Shown one piece after another: positions 36,821-49,462 of a stretch of 64,000 bases of DNA (its first letter is position 1; every line of letters begins with the position of its first letter). Source of the DNA: Entomortierella parvispora E1425 (Eukaryota; Fungi; Mortierellomycota). The stretch spans positions 744,001 through 808,000 of the forward strand of contig BQFW01000007.1 in assembly GCA_020891255.1 (NCBI GenBank), in the 5' to 3' direction. Under the pieces are notes generated by a model. That model was not told the DNA's origin. It saw only the letters and a program-made list of their open reading frames with translations, and made no database searches. A program made the position numbers and the translations under genes.

Positions 36821-38294
36821 ATGACCCGAGAAATACAGGCCTTGGCCTCCATCATCGACTCGCTGGGTCCTCCCCGCAAGGTCGCCTCCCACCCTCCAAA
36901 GTACCGCCGAGCCTCTGTGGCCATAATCGTCCGAGTCCGACCCAACCACCAACTCTATGCTCAGCACAACAGTGCTTCTTCCCGTCGCAGTCGCTATACC
37001 CAACAACAACAACAACAACAACACACATCATCAACACAGTCACCAACAAAAGAAAAGATCGTAGACGATCCAACTAAACTGCGACCGATCCAAGCCATTG
37101 AACACCCAGAATCCATCGACGAGTTCTTTGAGCAGGATTGGGTCCAGACTGGTACGCCCGAGATCCTCTTTATTGAGCGGGCCACCAGAAAGACGGATCG
37201 GTGGTCGGGCCATGTGGCCCTGCCTGGAGGCAAACAGGAACTGCACGAGGACGACCAAGAGACGGCGGCTCGTGAAACCTTGGAGGAAATCGGTCTGGAT
37301 CTGTCCGACCCGAGCCACTTCCGGTGCGTAGGACAGCTCGATGACCGAGAGCTGTGGACGTCCTTTGGCAGGGTCTTCCTGATGGTCCTCTCACCCTTTG
37401 GTAAGTCCCCATATTTGTGCATGCGTGCGTGAACTTGTGGTTCCTGACCCCCCGAGGATGACAACAGGAGGGATGAATTGTTTGCCATCGAGTCAGGACG
37501 GGGCCCGGGGTTGGTTGGATGTCCCGTGGGGCAACAGGCGTAGCACGCGCCGATCGGGTGCAAGACGAAACTTTTTTTTTCACTCTTTTTTCTTTCTGTT
37601 CCTGTTCTTTCTTGACCCAACCCCCTGGTGCATTGGGGATGCTTCCTTTCTTCTTGACAGTGATGACCTGATCTGCATCCCTAACATCCCTGTCCCTGAT
37701 CTGCTCCTTTCAAGTCTACATTCAACTCTCGCCCTCGACCCCACAGTTAAAACCGCAACCGGATGAAGTCGCGTCCGTTCACTGGCAGCCCTTGTCCTTG
37801 TTCCTCGACCGGCTTGAGAGCCCACGCTGGACGCCCATGGTGATCAACCTCTCCAGTAAGCTGACTCCCCGTCTCTCGAGGACCTTCCTGCGAGGTCTCT
37901 TTGGAACAATGTCCCTGCATTCCGTCGAAATGCCCTACAAACCCGAGTTTGTCTTGAGAACCCGACAGGAAGGGCGTCATTCCATCTCTGGATCCATCGA
38001 ATCTGCTGCCTCTTCAAAGACCGTGGTGGTCGTCGATCATGATCCAGAATGGGATCCTGATCATCGTCCCTTGAAACTCTGGGGGTTGACCTTGCAGATG
38101 ATGGCCGATTTGTTGGAATTGAAGGATGGACCGATTCAATTGGATATTCGTCAGAGGGTCTGGGACTCAAAGCGGATGCGTCGTCGCTTGGATGCCGGCT
38201 ACCTGCCCGGGTTCTCACAGGTGGACATGCACTTTTGGGTCCGAGCCTTGCTCAAGTTTCATTCTTGGCAAGGCACTGAAAAGTAAGGGAAAAC

Positions 38295-38327
<33 letters not shown>

Positions 38328-38610
38328 CCATCGGTTCCCAAAAAGAATCTTGTTTGCCAAGATTTTGATCCTGTTCCTTTTTTTCTTTTTACTGACATGT
38401 ACCGTTTTTGTTTTTGTTTTTAGGAAGAGTCTTCAGTCCAACAGAGTCGGTTCATGGGAGAGTTATTATCGATTGGTGAAGCAGGCGTTCTTGTTTGTGA
38501 TCCTGGGTCGTGTGGCTGCCTTTGCGTTGCTGGTCAAGTTGTTGAAGGCACCTCTCCTCAGACTCTTGGCAGGGGGTCCTTCTGCCGTCATTGCTCCTTC
38601 CAGAGCGTAG
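36821..38610 (+). CDS. Nudix hydrolase, PCD1/NUDT7-8-like (CoA diphosphatase clade)
   Basis: Nudix box GGKQELHEDDQETAARETLEEIGL preceded by RWSGHVALP. Exons 36821-37400, 37715-38282 and 38424-38610 join in frame. Hydrophobic C-terminal segment. Confidence 0.87.
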
Positions 38611-38758
38611 TTATATAGGGAAAGATAAAAGAGAATACCACTTTATCTCATCCACTCATGCTCAAGGTCAAACCAGGAAAGAGGAGTTGTCTTTGCAAAA
38701 AAAGTATTATTATTATTATATTATTCGATATTATTACACCATAAATGGAACCCTCCAC

Positions 38759-40285
38759 CTAATAGTTCAGAGTGGAGGAGTGCGTGCTATATACAAAAGG
38801 GGTAGAGGTTGTCTTGGATGGTTTTCCAAAGGGGCGGGCCAGGGCTCGCTGGGCCCGTCGCCAAGTGGTTCGAACAAATGACCATGGGCCTCTGGGCTTT
38901 GAGACCTTGGAGGGGGGTGTTTGCAATGGCCACGTTGGTAAAGCGGTTTCAGGCTGTGGCGAGGGAGACGCGTCCTTTCCATCACAAGACCATGGAACCA
39001 CCTCTTCCACCACAGCCTCCTTCCTCTGCGTCTGTTTATCCTCCCAGTTCTTTTCTTGCTGTTCCCCTGCAGTCTGGAAGGTCAAAGATTTTTCTTTGAT
39101 CGGACTGGCGGTGGTCACAGCAGGAGTTGGCTTGATTGCTGGCTCTTGAGAAGCCTCCTGGACCGCTGTTCTAAACCGTTCAGAAGTGAAAGTGAACTGA
39201 AGCGATGATCTGGGCGAGGCCGAAGGAGAAGAAGCTGCGGTCGAGGCTGGGCCCGTTGCTGCCGCTGCGGGTACAGGAGAGGCAGTCGCTTTGTCTTTGA
39301 TTCGGAATCCAGGCGATCGGCAGCTAGGGTCCAAAATCTCTTGAGGGATCAAATAACTGACAGGACGACCACCAGACTCTTGCGATCGAGGCAAGGAGGT
39401 TGGGGTCACTGTCCTCGAGGTCACCGTTGTGTTCTCCAAAATCTTGATCTCGGTCCTCTGACCTTCTTCCCCCTCCTCCTCCTCCTCTTCTTCCACCTGG
39501 ACTTTTGGATGACCCACTGCGGAAGTGACGACGACAACCTGATCCAACCATGCACGCACTCTCAACTCTGCGTTCCAGTGCTGCCAAGAACCAGAAGATT
39601 CTGTTCGGGCACATGATGGAGGCGGCTGTTGCTCATGCCAGGCTTTACCGTCAACCACTCTAACAAAGTGACCCGTCTCCTGATCATAGAGTGCAATTTG
39701 CTCAGGATACCATTCACCGCAGACATAACAGGGGACCAGCCCCTGTTCTTGTGCGGTTTCTTGGTGCTGTTGTTGCCGAGATTGCTGTTGCTCATCTTGC
39801 TCTTCGGGAGAGATTTGCATGGTTTTCAAGAGCTGGATCAGAAACGCCATGGCCTGTGCTCTGTTTCGGAACTGGAGTCGAAAAGGAAGAGAAGACGGGT
39901 AGTGTTGTTGCTGGAGGGGATCGGTGGCGAGAACAATGTTCTTTTCGATCAATCGGTGTTGACGCCTCCGCCGACGGGACTCGGGTGGGTTAGAGGCAGA
40001 GCAGGTAGAGTAAAGAGAGGAAGAAGACGTATAGGTCGAAGAAGAGGAGGAGGACAGAGAGGTAACGCTTGAAAAGGAAAGAGATCGGCCTCTGTAACCA
40101 GGCAAGGCTATTTCCACACTCGATCTGGGCGAGGGTGGAGGGGAAGGGTAGGTGCACTGGGATTCTTGATGTTGCTGTGCTTGATGCTCTTGTTGGCATT
40201 GACGTTGTCGTCGCTCCTTCAAGAACTCGGTCAACATGGACGGTAACCGATCCAATGCAAAAGCTAGGTCCTGACGATTTTGCAT
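38759..40285 (-). CDS. Hypothetical low-complexity protein (about 508 aa)
   Basis: Long uninterrupted ORF with S/Q/E/P tracts and a CT-rich leader upstream. No domain recognised. Confidence 0.6.
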   Translation of the reverse strand: MQNRQDLAFALDRLPSMLTEFLKERRQRQCQQEHQAQQHQESQCTYPSPPPSPRSSVEIALPGYRGRSLSFSSVTSLSSSSSSTYTSSSSLYSTCSASNPPESRRRRRQHRLIEKNIVLATDPLQQQHYPSSLPFRLQFRNRAQAMAFLIQLLKTMQISPEEQDEQQQSRQQQHQETAQEQGLVPCYVCGEWYPEQIALYDQETGHFVRVVDGKAWHEQQPPPSCARTESSGSWQHWNAELRVRAWLDQVVVVTSAVGHPKVQVEEEEEEEGEEGQRTEIKILENTTVTSRTVTPTSLPRSQESGGRPVSYLIPQEILDPSCRSPGFRIKDKATASPVPAAAATGPASTAASSPSASPRSSLQFTFTSERFRTAVQEASQEPAIKPTPAVTTASPIKEKSLTFQTAGEQQEKNWEDKQTQRKEAVVEEVVPWSCDGKDASPSPQPETALPTWPLQTPPSKVSKPRGPWSFVRTTWRRAQRALARPFGKPSKTTSTPFVYSTHSSTLNY

Positions 40286-42172
40286 GGTTGGCAATTGTGA
40301 GAAGTAGGGATGGCTGTGATGGCTGGGCATGGTCTTGATTATGAGGGTATGGAGGGTATATAGGTAAGGGTATAATGCTTTTGTTGTTTTCTGAAAAAAA
40401 GAAATTGAAAAGAGAAAAAGGAAAAGAGGAAAGAGGATTGGATGGGAGGAAAAAGAAAGAGGAGCAAAGTTCTACAATGGGCGAAATATTTGCGCTTTGA
40501 AGATTTTTTCCAGGGGCCCACTCTTCTTTCAAATTACGATCGATCCACTCAGGGCTTGAGTAGGATATTTTGCGGAGAGATAGAGGAGTTCAAGGGTGGA
40601 ATGAGGGGAAGTACTCAGGGACAAGGCACAATAGCCAGGAGGAATTTGAATGACAGGGGGGAAGGAGGGGGGATATAGGTAAAGATACTATATAGCCTGT
40701 TCGTTGTTGCTTTGAACATGAAAAAAAGGGTCGAATCGCACCCTGGAATGTGTCTCTTTTATAGGCGCGTTTGCATCGCCCTCCCCTGCTCACCTGCCCT
40801 CCCCAGGTTATGCGATCAGAGACATGCCATGCATCCATGCAGTCAGCCAGCCAGCTAGCCAGCTAGCCAGCCAACAGCCAGCCGCCAGCCGCCATTCAAT
40901 TCACAGGAGAACAGAGAAAGCACCGCAGCAACTTCCGCAACCCCATGAACGCAGTAGAGAAATCACGGCCCGAGGGATCCTTGGGCTCAGCTTACAAAAA
41001 GAGCCGTTTGGAGTATTGAGGACGAACAGTCTAAGGCTGTGCTGCTGCCCTGTCAATTGGAACATGAGGGGTTGCGAGTGAGGCAGTGACAGACTCTCCT
41101 TTGTTCGAATGCTGCAGTGGATTTTGGGCGATGACCAACTCTTGTTTTTTTCTCTTGAAAGAGCAGTAAGGGAAGGCTGAGTGAGATATCGATCCCTTGT
41201 TTTTTTATTTTTTTTTTATCTCTAGCTGCGTCCCCGAGGAGTACATGTAGGGTAAGTTCTTGGGATAATCACCTTCTTTGGGACTGGATCAAACTGGACT
41301 CTGGGCGAAAGGGCACAACTCCAAATTTCCCTTCCCAGCCTTTCCCTGATTTTTTTTTTTCATTTCTTGAACAAAGTTGCCCAGATCTCTTCTAGGGCCG
41401 CTTTGTCTCTTTTTTTCATTTCATTCCGACTAGCTGTTTAAAACAGCGCGGCCAGGCATTCGGGGGCCCTGGCTCGAGGACAAATCAATTGAGGTGCTGC
41501 GATGGAAAAAAAAAAAAGATACCCCAGAATGGATATCTTTCAAAAGTACCAAAAAAAACGTGTCAATCAAGTGCCATCAAGGTTGCTGGTCCGCGACAGG
41601 TGATCCGCGGACATTTTATCTACTTCAATGGTTTTTTTTTTCTTCCCGTTGGCACCGAGACCTGCATGCTGCATGGTAGGGTTTGGACATGGAGCGCGAG
41701 TGATTTCATTACAAAAAAAATTAAAAGAAAAAGGCTCTCTTCGATTCTGACCCCATGAGTCGTTTCCCGCTGCGGTCCCGTCCCCTGGCATCATTTGTTT
41801 CTTTGGCCCGGGCCCATCCTTCTGTGGTGCGACAGAAACGTGCACAAAAAACAACAACTCTTCGGCCCGATCATACACGCGAAAGAGATTCTGATCCGAT
41901 ATTTCTTTTTGTTTGTTGGGTGACTTTCTAGGGTCTCGACGCGGTTCAACTTTAAAAAAAAAGATGGTGGTTTTACATGTTCTTTCTATTTTGAATAAAT
42001 GTTCTGATGATGGGATATCTTTTTAGCGAGATGTTGTTGGCGCGTGGCATTCTCTTCGTATGTAAAGAGTGTAGGTCGTTTGGGAGGGTGAGGAAGAGAA
42101 AGGGGAAGGTGACATAGAGTTGATATTAGAGCGTCCATCCTTCCCCGACCATGTTCCATTGGTCTCCCGTGT

Positions 42173-44892
42173 TTACGCCTTTGGACCCTTCAGGCTCGAC
42201 TCGACCAGTTCTTCAGTGACCGCTACAAACAGGGCGTTGGTATCTCCGTTCCGGATCTTGCCCTCCAGTTCTACGATCTCTTGGTCGTGCCGCCTCTTAA
42301 TCTGCGCAAGCGCCATTGTCTCCACAATCGACAACAAGAAATAAGAAATCATGATAAAGATCACAGTGTTCCAGATCAGACCTACAAGACTCGTCGAGTT
42401 CTCCAGTTGATCTTCTGCCAATCGACCGTCACCATGAAGAGCGCCCTTTTGTGAATCAATGCCGTCCGCCAGGTACCCGTAAATAAATGGAACGGAGCGT
42501 TCCAGCCAGTTCATCAACGTTGCCAACGTGTCTGCAGAGAACATGACGATTACAAATGATGTCTAGATCGTTTATGCAACATTACAAGTTAGAAGCAGTC
42601 CTCCTATATATATATATATTTTTTTAGCTTGCAGGGTCCATCGCAAAAAGTACATACCTGGATAGATGACTTCACAACTGCCTTTCCAAGGAAAGTGGCT
42701 CCAAAAAAGGTCGAGAATGGGATCAAGAAGTGTCCACAGGTGATTCCAGCAAGGTCAAACAATGGGTTTGGAATCTAATAGGGTGAAAAGAAGGCCGTGG
42801 TCAATCATCTGCACCGTGTGGTACCAATGGTCAAAGGTCAGATCAGGAGACAGGTCAGCTTCTGTGACACCTACCGAGGCACACAAAAAGATGCCAAAGA
42901 AACCCAAGCGCTTCATGCCCTCGTGCACCATCAACAGAATACGCTCCTTGTAGGAAACTGAGTCTGGCTTCTTCTTGATTAAGTCCTCAATTGCAGCCAG
43001 TTCTTCATTTCGATTCCCTGAAAGTGCAGCTATAAGTCAGAAAAAGTACATTGACATTAGCGTCCACTTGCGAAAATAGACTCTATCAACCTGTAACGAC
43101 CTAACAAGGTGCGCCCATGATCTCATACCTGCTCTTGCGACAAAGTACGGTGGCAATTCTCCCAGGGCCGTTCCCAGTCCCCAGAAAAAGCTTTCCCATT
43201 GAACGGCTCTGAAAATAGCATAGATGGTCAACTCCACCGCTGCTGAAGCCTCGGGTGATTTGCAAACAAACCGATGATCGCCACGAACGTCAAAGTCGGT
43301 GTTTCCACACTTGTAGGCAGTCAACGTCACTTCTGCGATGTGAGGACCCAAGAAGAGGATAAAAGTATGCAGTCCTGTACCGAGTCCAATAGATGAGGCT
43401 ACTCCCAAAAGGGTCCAGTATCCGAACCAGATCACACTCGACTCTGCATGCTTCAGAAGCTACGAAAAGACAGTAAGAACAGAATGTCAATTATCATCAA
43501 CGGAAAAGCACCGTTCCAGGCTGGGCTGTTGGGGCTGTGGACCCTTCCATGAATCATTTCGTCTTTTTTCCAAAATCGTTTGGTGAAGTCTCAAATGATG
43601 AAATGAAAATAAAGAGAGGATCCATTTTTGCATTTGAGAGCCTTACCGGCTGATGGGCCCCGTCGGTCTGGTAGACAAAGTAAACGATTGCTGTCAAGAG
43701 GGGCAGTACCAAGAGCAAGTATTGTTGAGAGACAATCCAGAGCAACGCCATGCGGAACTCGTGCAGCAAGTATAGCACAAAATATGAGAGAACGGTCAAG
43801 GGTGAGGTGTAGACCGAGATCTCTTGCCTCTCTGTTTCCAGTGCAACCCTTCTGCGGTTGATAAAGTCTATATCGGAGAGATCAAAGGAAGGAGACATGA
43901 GTACGTCGCTCCAGCCAGCATCGTTCCTGATCACAGATGGCAGATAAACACGCCCGATGCTGTCCGCTCATTACCTGCAAAGTGGGCAGAGAAGCTGTTG
44001 GAACGAGTGGGGCCACGACTCCGCAGGGGATGGATGGCCTTGACTGAGCGCCCGCGCTTTTCCTCGTCGGTCCCGGTCTTCTTTGGAGTTTCATTGTCAG
44101 AGTCCGCTCCGGCTGGCACGCGCACTTCCAGTGTCGTCGCAGTCATGGTCGGAGTCCTTACTACCGGTGCTGGTAGCTTCTTTGTTGTAGCAGTGGTGGT
44201 GGTCGTCGTTGAAAGCACTGTAGCCGCTGCCGCGGGTTGACTAAGTGGTGAGGAAGGAGTGCTGTTGTTGTCGCTGTTGTTGCTGCTATTGCTGTTGGCC
44301 CGATCCAGGGTCTTGAGGCGCTTCTTCATCACGCTCTTGCTCCCGGTCGTCAGTTGACCGCGTTGACGGAGGAGTTCCCTCAACTGTGGTATCGAGTAGT
44401 TGCTCCAGAGATATGACTGCTGACCTTGGTTCCCACTACTCGATGCATTGGAGGCCGAGTCGGAATCGTCCCCGTCCAGCCGGTCCAGTCCTTGGCTGGC
44501 ATCACTACGTATTGGCATTGGGAAACGGGAGGAAGAGAGATGAGGGAAAAGGCAGAAAAGGACGAAGACGAAAATAAGGTGAGTTGGAGAGAAAGGGGCG
44601 AAACAGCACATCAACGAGCCAAGGGATTGGCACGAACAGAGATTAGGAAGGGTGAAGGAATGCATGGCCTGCCCTCACGCCACCGAATGCATGCAATCCC
44701 TTAGTGCGGATGTAAGAGAGAGACAGGCAGATAAGGGAGCCATTCATCGACTTTTGTCCTTGTGGCATGGCGGCATGCGAACATTCCGTGTGGTTGGTTG
44801 ATGGTCTCCCTTTTTTTCTTTTTTTTTTTTTTTTTTTGACGTTGTTACCTCTGGATCAGGTGGTTGAACATGTTGTTCTGGTAGTAGGCCAT
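42173..44892 (-). CDS. VMP1: VMP1 (DedA superfamily) with N-terminal SAP-like domain
   Basis: [39 protein letters not shown] and NPLFDLAG-type motifs. The 5' exon encodes [28 protein letters not shown]. Start is either 44892 (44-nt first exon) or 44518. Confidence 0.9.
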
Positions 44893-46492
44893 GGTTCAGA
44901 AAGAGAGAGAGACAGAGAGTAGAAGAGAATGGAGAAATGGAAAGACGAAAGAATGGCGGCAAAACCGGGAAGGGAGAGGGGGAGGGGAGATGTCGAACGG
45001 AAGCAGGAGTCGAACGGATCAGGGAGGCAGACACGTTTGAGCTAGGTCCAGGTTCAAACAGGCAGGGTCAGGTCCAGACGAGGAAGGAGATGGAGATGAG
45101 AAAGCGGATGGAGTAAGAAGAAGAGGGAGGAGGAAGGAGAAGGAAGGCTGAAGGGAAAGAGAGACGGAAGGCAAAGTAAAGCGGACTGGCTGGCTGGTCA
45201 ACGGATACGGATGGAGAAGAAAACCCGATTCCGTCGGTTCCTCCTTTCTATTTCTTTCCGATCGTCCATCTTTCCTTTCAATTGTCCATTTCAATGTCTC
45301 TTGCGGGGGTCCTTTTCCTTTTGTTCCGTCAGTGTTCAATGTCGGTACAGTATGTATCGGCGTGTGTTGCTATGGCTGTATGTCGATGTCCCATCCGTGT
45401 CAAAACCCATCGCCATCGCCATCGTGGCATTCGCTCTTGACTTCTGGCCTGCCTTCCACTTTACCCCGGGGCTGTTGTTGCTGTTGCTTTCTTCTGTTGT
45501 GCCCCATGCAGGAACAAGAAAGCAAACACGACCAGCACCCGCTACGTGTTCGTTATTCACCTAAAAGGACAAAAACAGAGTTCATTTCAGCCCGTGAGTT
45601 GCAAGTGTCCATAGACATGTGCCTTCCATCTCGACTACGGCTATGTGCTCGTTTGCGCCCGTCCTTCTTTCGCTTTGGTCGCTTTCCACCAAGACATGGT
45701 CGCACAACAATGACACACTCTGTGTTGCTGTAATAGTCCCGTTCCCCAAAAGTCCCATTTTCGCATTTCTCTCTCGAACGGCTCTCTTTATGACTGTTGC
45801 CTGTCAACATTTCAGGGCAGCCGGGCAAGATTTTAACCTCTTTCATGCCGAACCGCTGTTTTCATTTTTCTCTCTTTCTTTTTTTTTTCTTCCTCCGCCA
45901 AGATTCTGCTCTTTTCTTTTTATCTTCGGGTGAGGGGTTTTATATATCCTTTCAAACTTGCGTGTGGGAAAAAAAAAAAAAAGTCCTCCAAGAGATAGAC
46001 GGCTGTTTGCCTAGCTTGTCCAATCGATCGACACAGACATACACGCCATTCCTAATGTGATGGCTAGACACAAAGAGAGGAAACTTTCAGGCAAGCGTCA
46101 CTGATCCTCTACTGTCTTCTTCCTTCCGTAGTATACTCCTCTCTTTCCTATGGCGCTGCCGAGGCTCGTCTCCAGTGAGAAGGTTGAGGCCAGAGATGAA
46201 GAAGCAAGGAAACCCTACAGTGGAAAAGGAACGACCCTGAAAAAGATTCATTGCGGGGACGCAATCGACTCAAGACCGCAGAAACAATGAAGGGGGATCT
46301 GCGCCACCAAAAATAGATCAAACCATCAATTGCGGTTAAGGGGCCATGTTTGCTGCATTCGTCAAAAAATTGATCGACGAGACGAACGCTTTGTTCCTTA
46401 TTTTTTTTATGAAAATGAATGGTCTATGGGATGCAATGGTGTGTACAATCAACGGTTCCAAAGGTTTCCGCTGCGTTTCTCTTTTCTTTTTT

Positions 46493-49300
46493 TTAGGCCT
46501 TCTGTTCTGTTGTCGCCTTTGTCGACTCAAGGCCCTCCTTCTTCTGCTTCAAAAGTTCTGCCTTTCGTGCCTTCTGCTCCTGCTTCTCTTGCTGTTTGCG
46601 CAGACGCGCATTCTGGGCCTGCTTCAATGCAACCTCGATCAAGGTCTCGCACTCCACCTTACGTTGGCTCGCCACACTGTCAACTCCTCCCTGCAAGATC
46701 AATTCAAACTTTTGAGCGAGCCAGAGATAGAGCATGATAATCCTATGAGACGATTCCAGATCTTGTAATTCCAACTTGATCGACATGCTGTCTCCAGAAG
46801 AGAGAGAATCCCCAGTGGCAGGAGCCGGCATTTTTGGCAGCTTAATGAGATCGTCAATCAATATTGGGGTATCCTTGCTAATGGCTTCAGCCAATTTCAC
46901 AGCTGCCTTTACTACTACTGGGTTCCGGACTTGAATGGGTGCGGAAATAAACGCCAGTCTCTCCTGTGTTGGAATCTTGATCTTGTCAATGAGGGCGGCA
47001 GCACCCTGTGAAAAAAGAAGAGGTGGTTTGGTTAAAAGTTGTTTCTTCTAGAGACCGATATCCTTTCCATTCCCTTTCCGAGTTGGCTTACAATCATGGG
47101 GCCATAATCTGCAGGAAAGAATAGACCCGAGTTTCGTGCCATCATTTCAAACATTCGGAGGACATGAGAAAAGGGTGCACCTGGCAAGTGAATAGAGAAC
47201 TCCTGGTACATATTTGGTGTTGGTTGAATAGCGGCCCTCTATAACGATTTCAAAAATAAGGGAAAGTCCTGGGTCAGTATCGAAAGTGCCTACCATAACG
47301 GCTTGAATTGGCTTGAAAAAAAGAACACAGAGATAAAAATTACCTCAATGTTGATCATTGGTGCAGCCAAAGCCCTCTTAAGTGTTGGTATATCTGCCTG
47401 AAGCAAGGTTGTGGCTTGACCCACAGCGTAGTCTGTGCCGAAGCGGCCAGCGCGTCCAGCAATCTGCTTGAGTTGCGTCAAGCTCAGAGACCGGACAACA
47501 TTTCCATCAAACTTTTCGACCGCCTCAAAGATGACACGGCGGATGTTCCTAAAGTGGAGGAAAAAGAGGTTAGAAGGACTGAGGACGCATGTGCAAATAA
47601 AATCTGACCTCACTCCTTTCTCGGAGCTGTCTCGTGTTCACTTACAAGTTAAGTCCCATGCCAATGGCGTCACTCGCCACCAAGACATCATATCCACTGG
47701 TTGGGTCGTTAAACAACTTTGCCTGCATGGATCGACTCTCTGGAGGCAATGCGCCGTAGGCGACTGCACATCTCAATCCTGTCTCGGCCTCAATGGCCTT
47801 CTTGAGCAAAAAGATGTTTCTCCTAGAGAAGGTCACTACACAGTCGCCTTTTTGAATCTTGTCCAATCGACCCCTCAAACTTTCTTCCTGAAGCTCTAGT
47901 TTACTCAAACGATCGTAGCGATGGATTTCGACCTCCTCATTTGTCAATGCGCAAATGTTCTTGACCAGGTCTACCACCGTTGGTTCTCCACAGAGATGAA
48001 TTTCCTTGGCTGGCAGGCTCAACAGCGCCTGTGTCCAAGCCCAGCCTCGTTGTGGGTCCGCCAACATCTGAATCTCATCAATGACTGCCACCTCGATTTG
48101 ACGATTCAAGTCCGCCATCTCGATCGTACAGGAGACCATGCTGACCTTTTCTGCTTCCTCTCCATTCACCACCGTACCACCATAACGTCGCTCCTCGCCT
48201 GTCACTAAGTTGCACGGCTTTCCTGCGGCGTTCATTCTTTCGTAAATCTCGTGCGCCAACAATCTCAACGGTGACAAGTATGCTCCTGAATCTGCTGACT
48301 GTAATCGAAGCAATGCATTGTGGGTCTTTCCAGAGTTGGTGGGTCCGACGTGCATCACGATTTTTCTATACGATCAAATAAAAGGGTTAACAAAAACTGA
48401 ATCCTCTCTCATTGCGACTCGGTTCTCTTTTGAGCGCTCTCTCTTAAAAGTATACCTCTTCATCAGACGCGCTGTAGGGTTCCATTCTGCTGGGAATCTC
48501 AGATCCGCAATCTCTCGAAGTCTCGACATCCTGAACAAAGCCTCAGCTGGAAGCTTGTCCTGACAATGCTCAAAGAACCCATCCCACATAGCCTTGTCCA
48601 ATTTGGAGCTGATAGCCTCTTCTTTTGTCACGCCCATAGACTTAAAGGTCATGCCGACCTCCAGGGATTGATCCGCCAAGGTCCTGATCGCCTTTTTCGA
48701 TACCTGTGGTACTGATCCTTTAAGAGCCTTTTGCGAATACTCCTTGATCATCTGCACTGCCTCATCTCGTGGTGTGCCCAAAGACTCCAAATGAACTTGC
48801 ATTGAGTTTGGAGTCCTGAACCGTTCAATCGCATTCTTTAAGGCTAGTGTCATAATAAGAGGATATCAATGAAAATCAGATTTTGTCATCCTTTCTTTTT
48901 CCAGGATGGTATCAGCAGTTCAGTAGTTCAACTGCGCCGAAAAGATCATTCCTTCTATCAAGGGGTAAGGGGAATGGCAAAGCTTACCTGTGGTTTCCCA
49001 GGGTGCTGCAAATTCCTCGCCACCAAACGATCTGCCTGGGTATGCCCCACTGCCTCCTCTTCCTTCGCTCTTTGAGTATGTTGGCCGATTGTCTCCTGAT
49101 CTATATCCTGGGCTAGGGCGTGGATTGACTTTGGTCGTTGCATGGCGGAAACGGCAGAACACCGAGGGAGTTCTCTTCGAGGCAGTTGAGGTTGGATATG
49201 TGATATGTTTGGCTGCCGAAGCTGTAGATGTTATAGCAAAGAGAAGAGGCCTCGGCGATGTCGAGGGCGATGCCCTGGCACAGACAGCGAAGCTCAGCAT
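46493..49300 (-). CDS. SUV3: Mitochondrial ATP-dependent RNA helicase
   Basis: Presequence followed by MHVGPTNSGKT, PLRLLAHE, AVIDEIQM, RGWAWT, VASDAIGMGLNL and QIAGRAGRFG. Confidence 0.96.
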
Positions 49301-49462
49301 GGGAAATGGTCAATGAATGTGAATGAGAAGCGGAATCAATGAGGAACAGCAAAGGAAAAAAGGCAAGATATCAACAGCAGTCACTTTTGCCACCAAACGC
49401 ACAAAAATGTCAAAAAATTACTTTTTTTTTTTTCTATGTATGTAATCCCATCGCTCCTCTCA

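Noticed and set aside
44812-44837. Long A/T homopolymers in introns and intergenic DNA throughout the window
   Set aside because: A genome-wide compositional trait, not locus-specific. Relevant only as a source of assembly indels.
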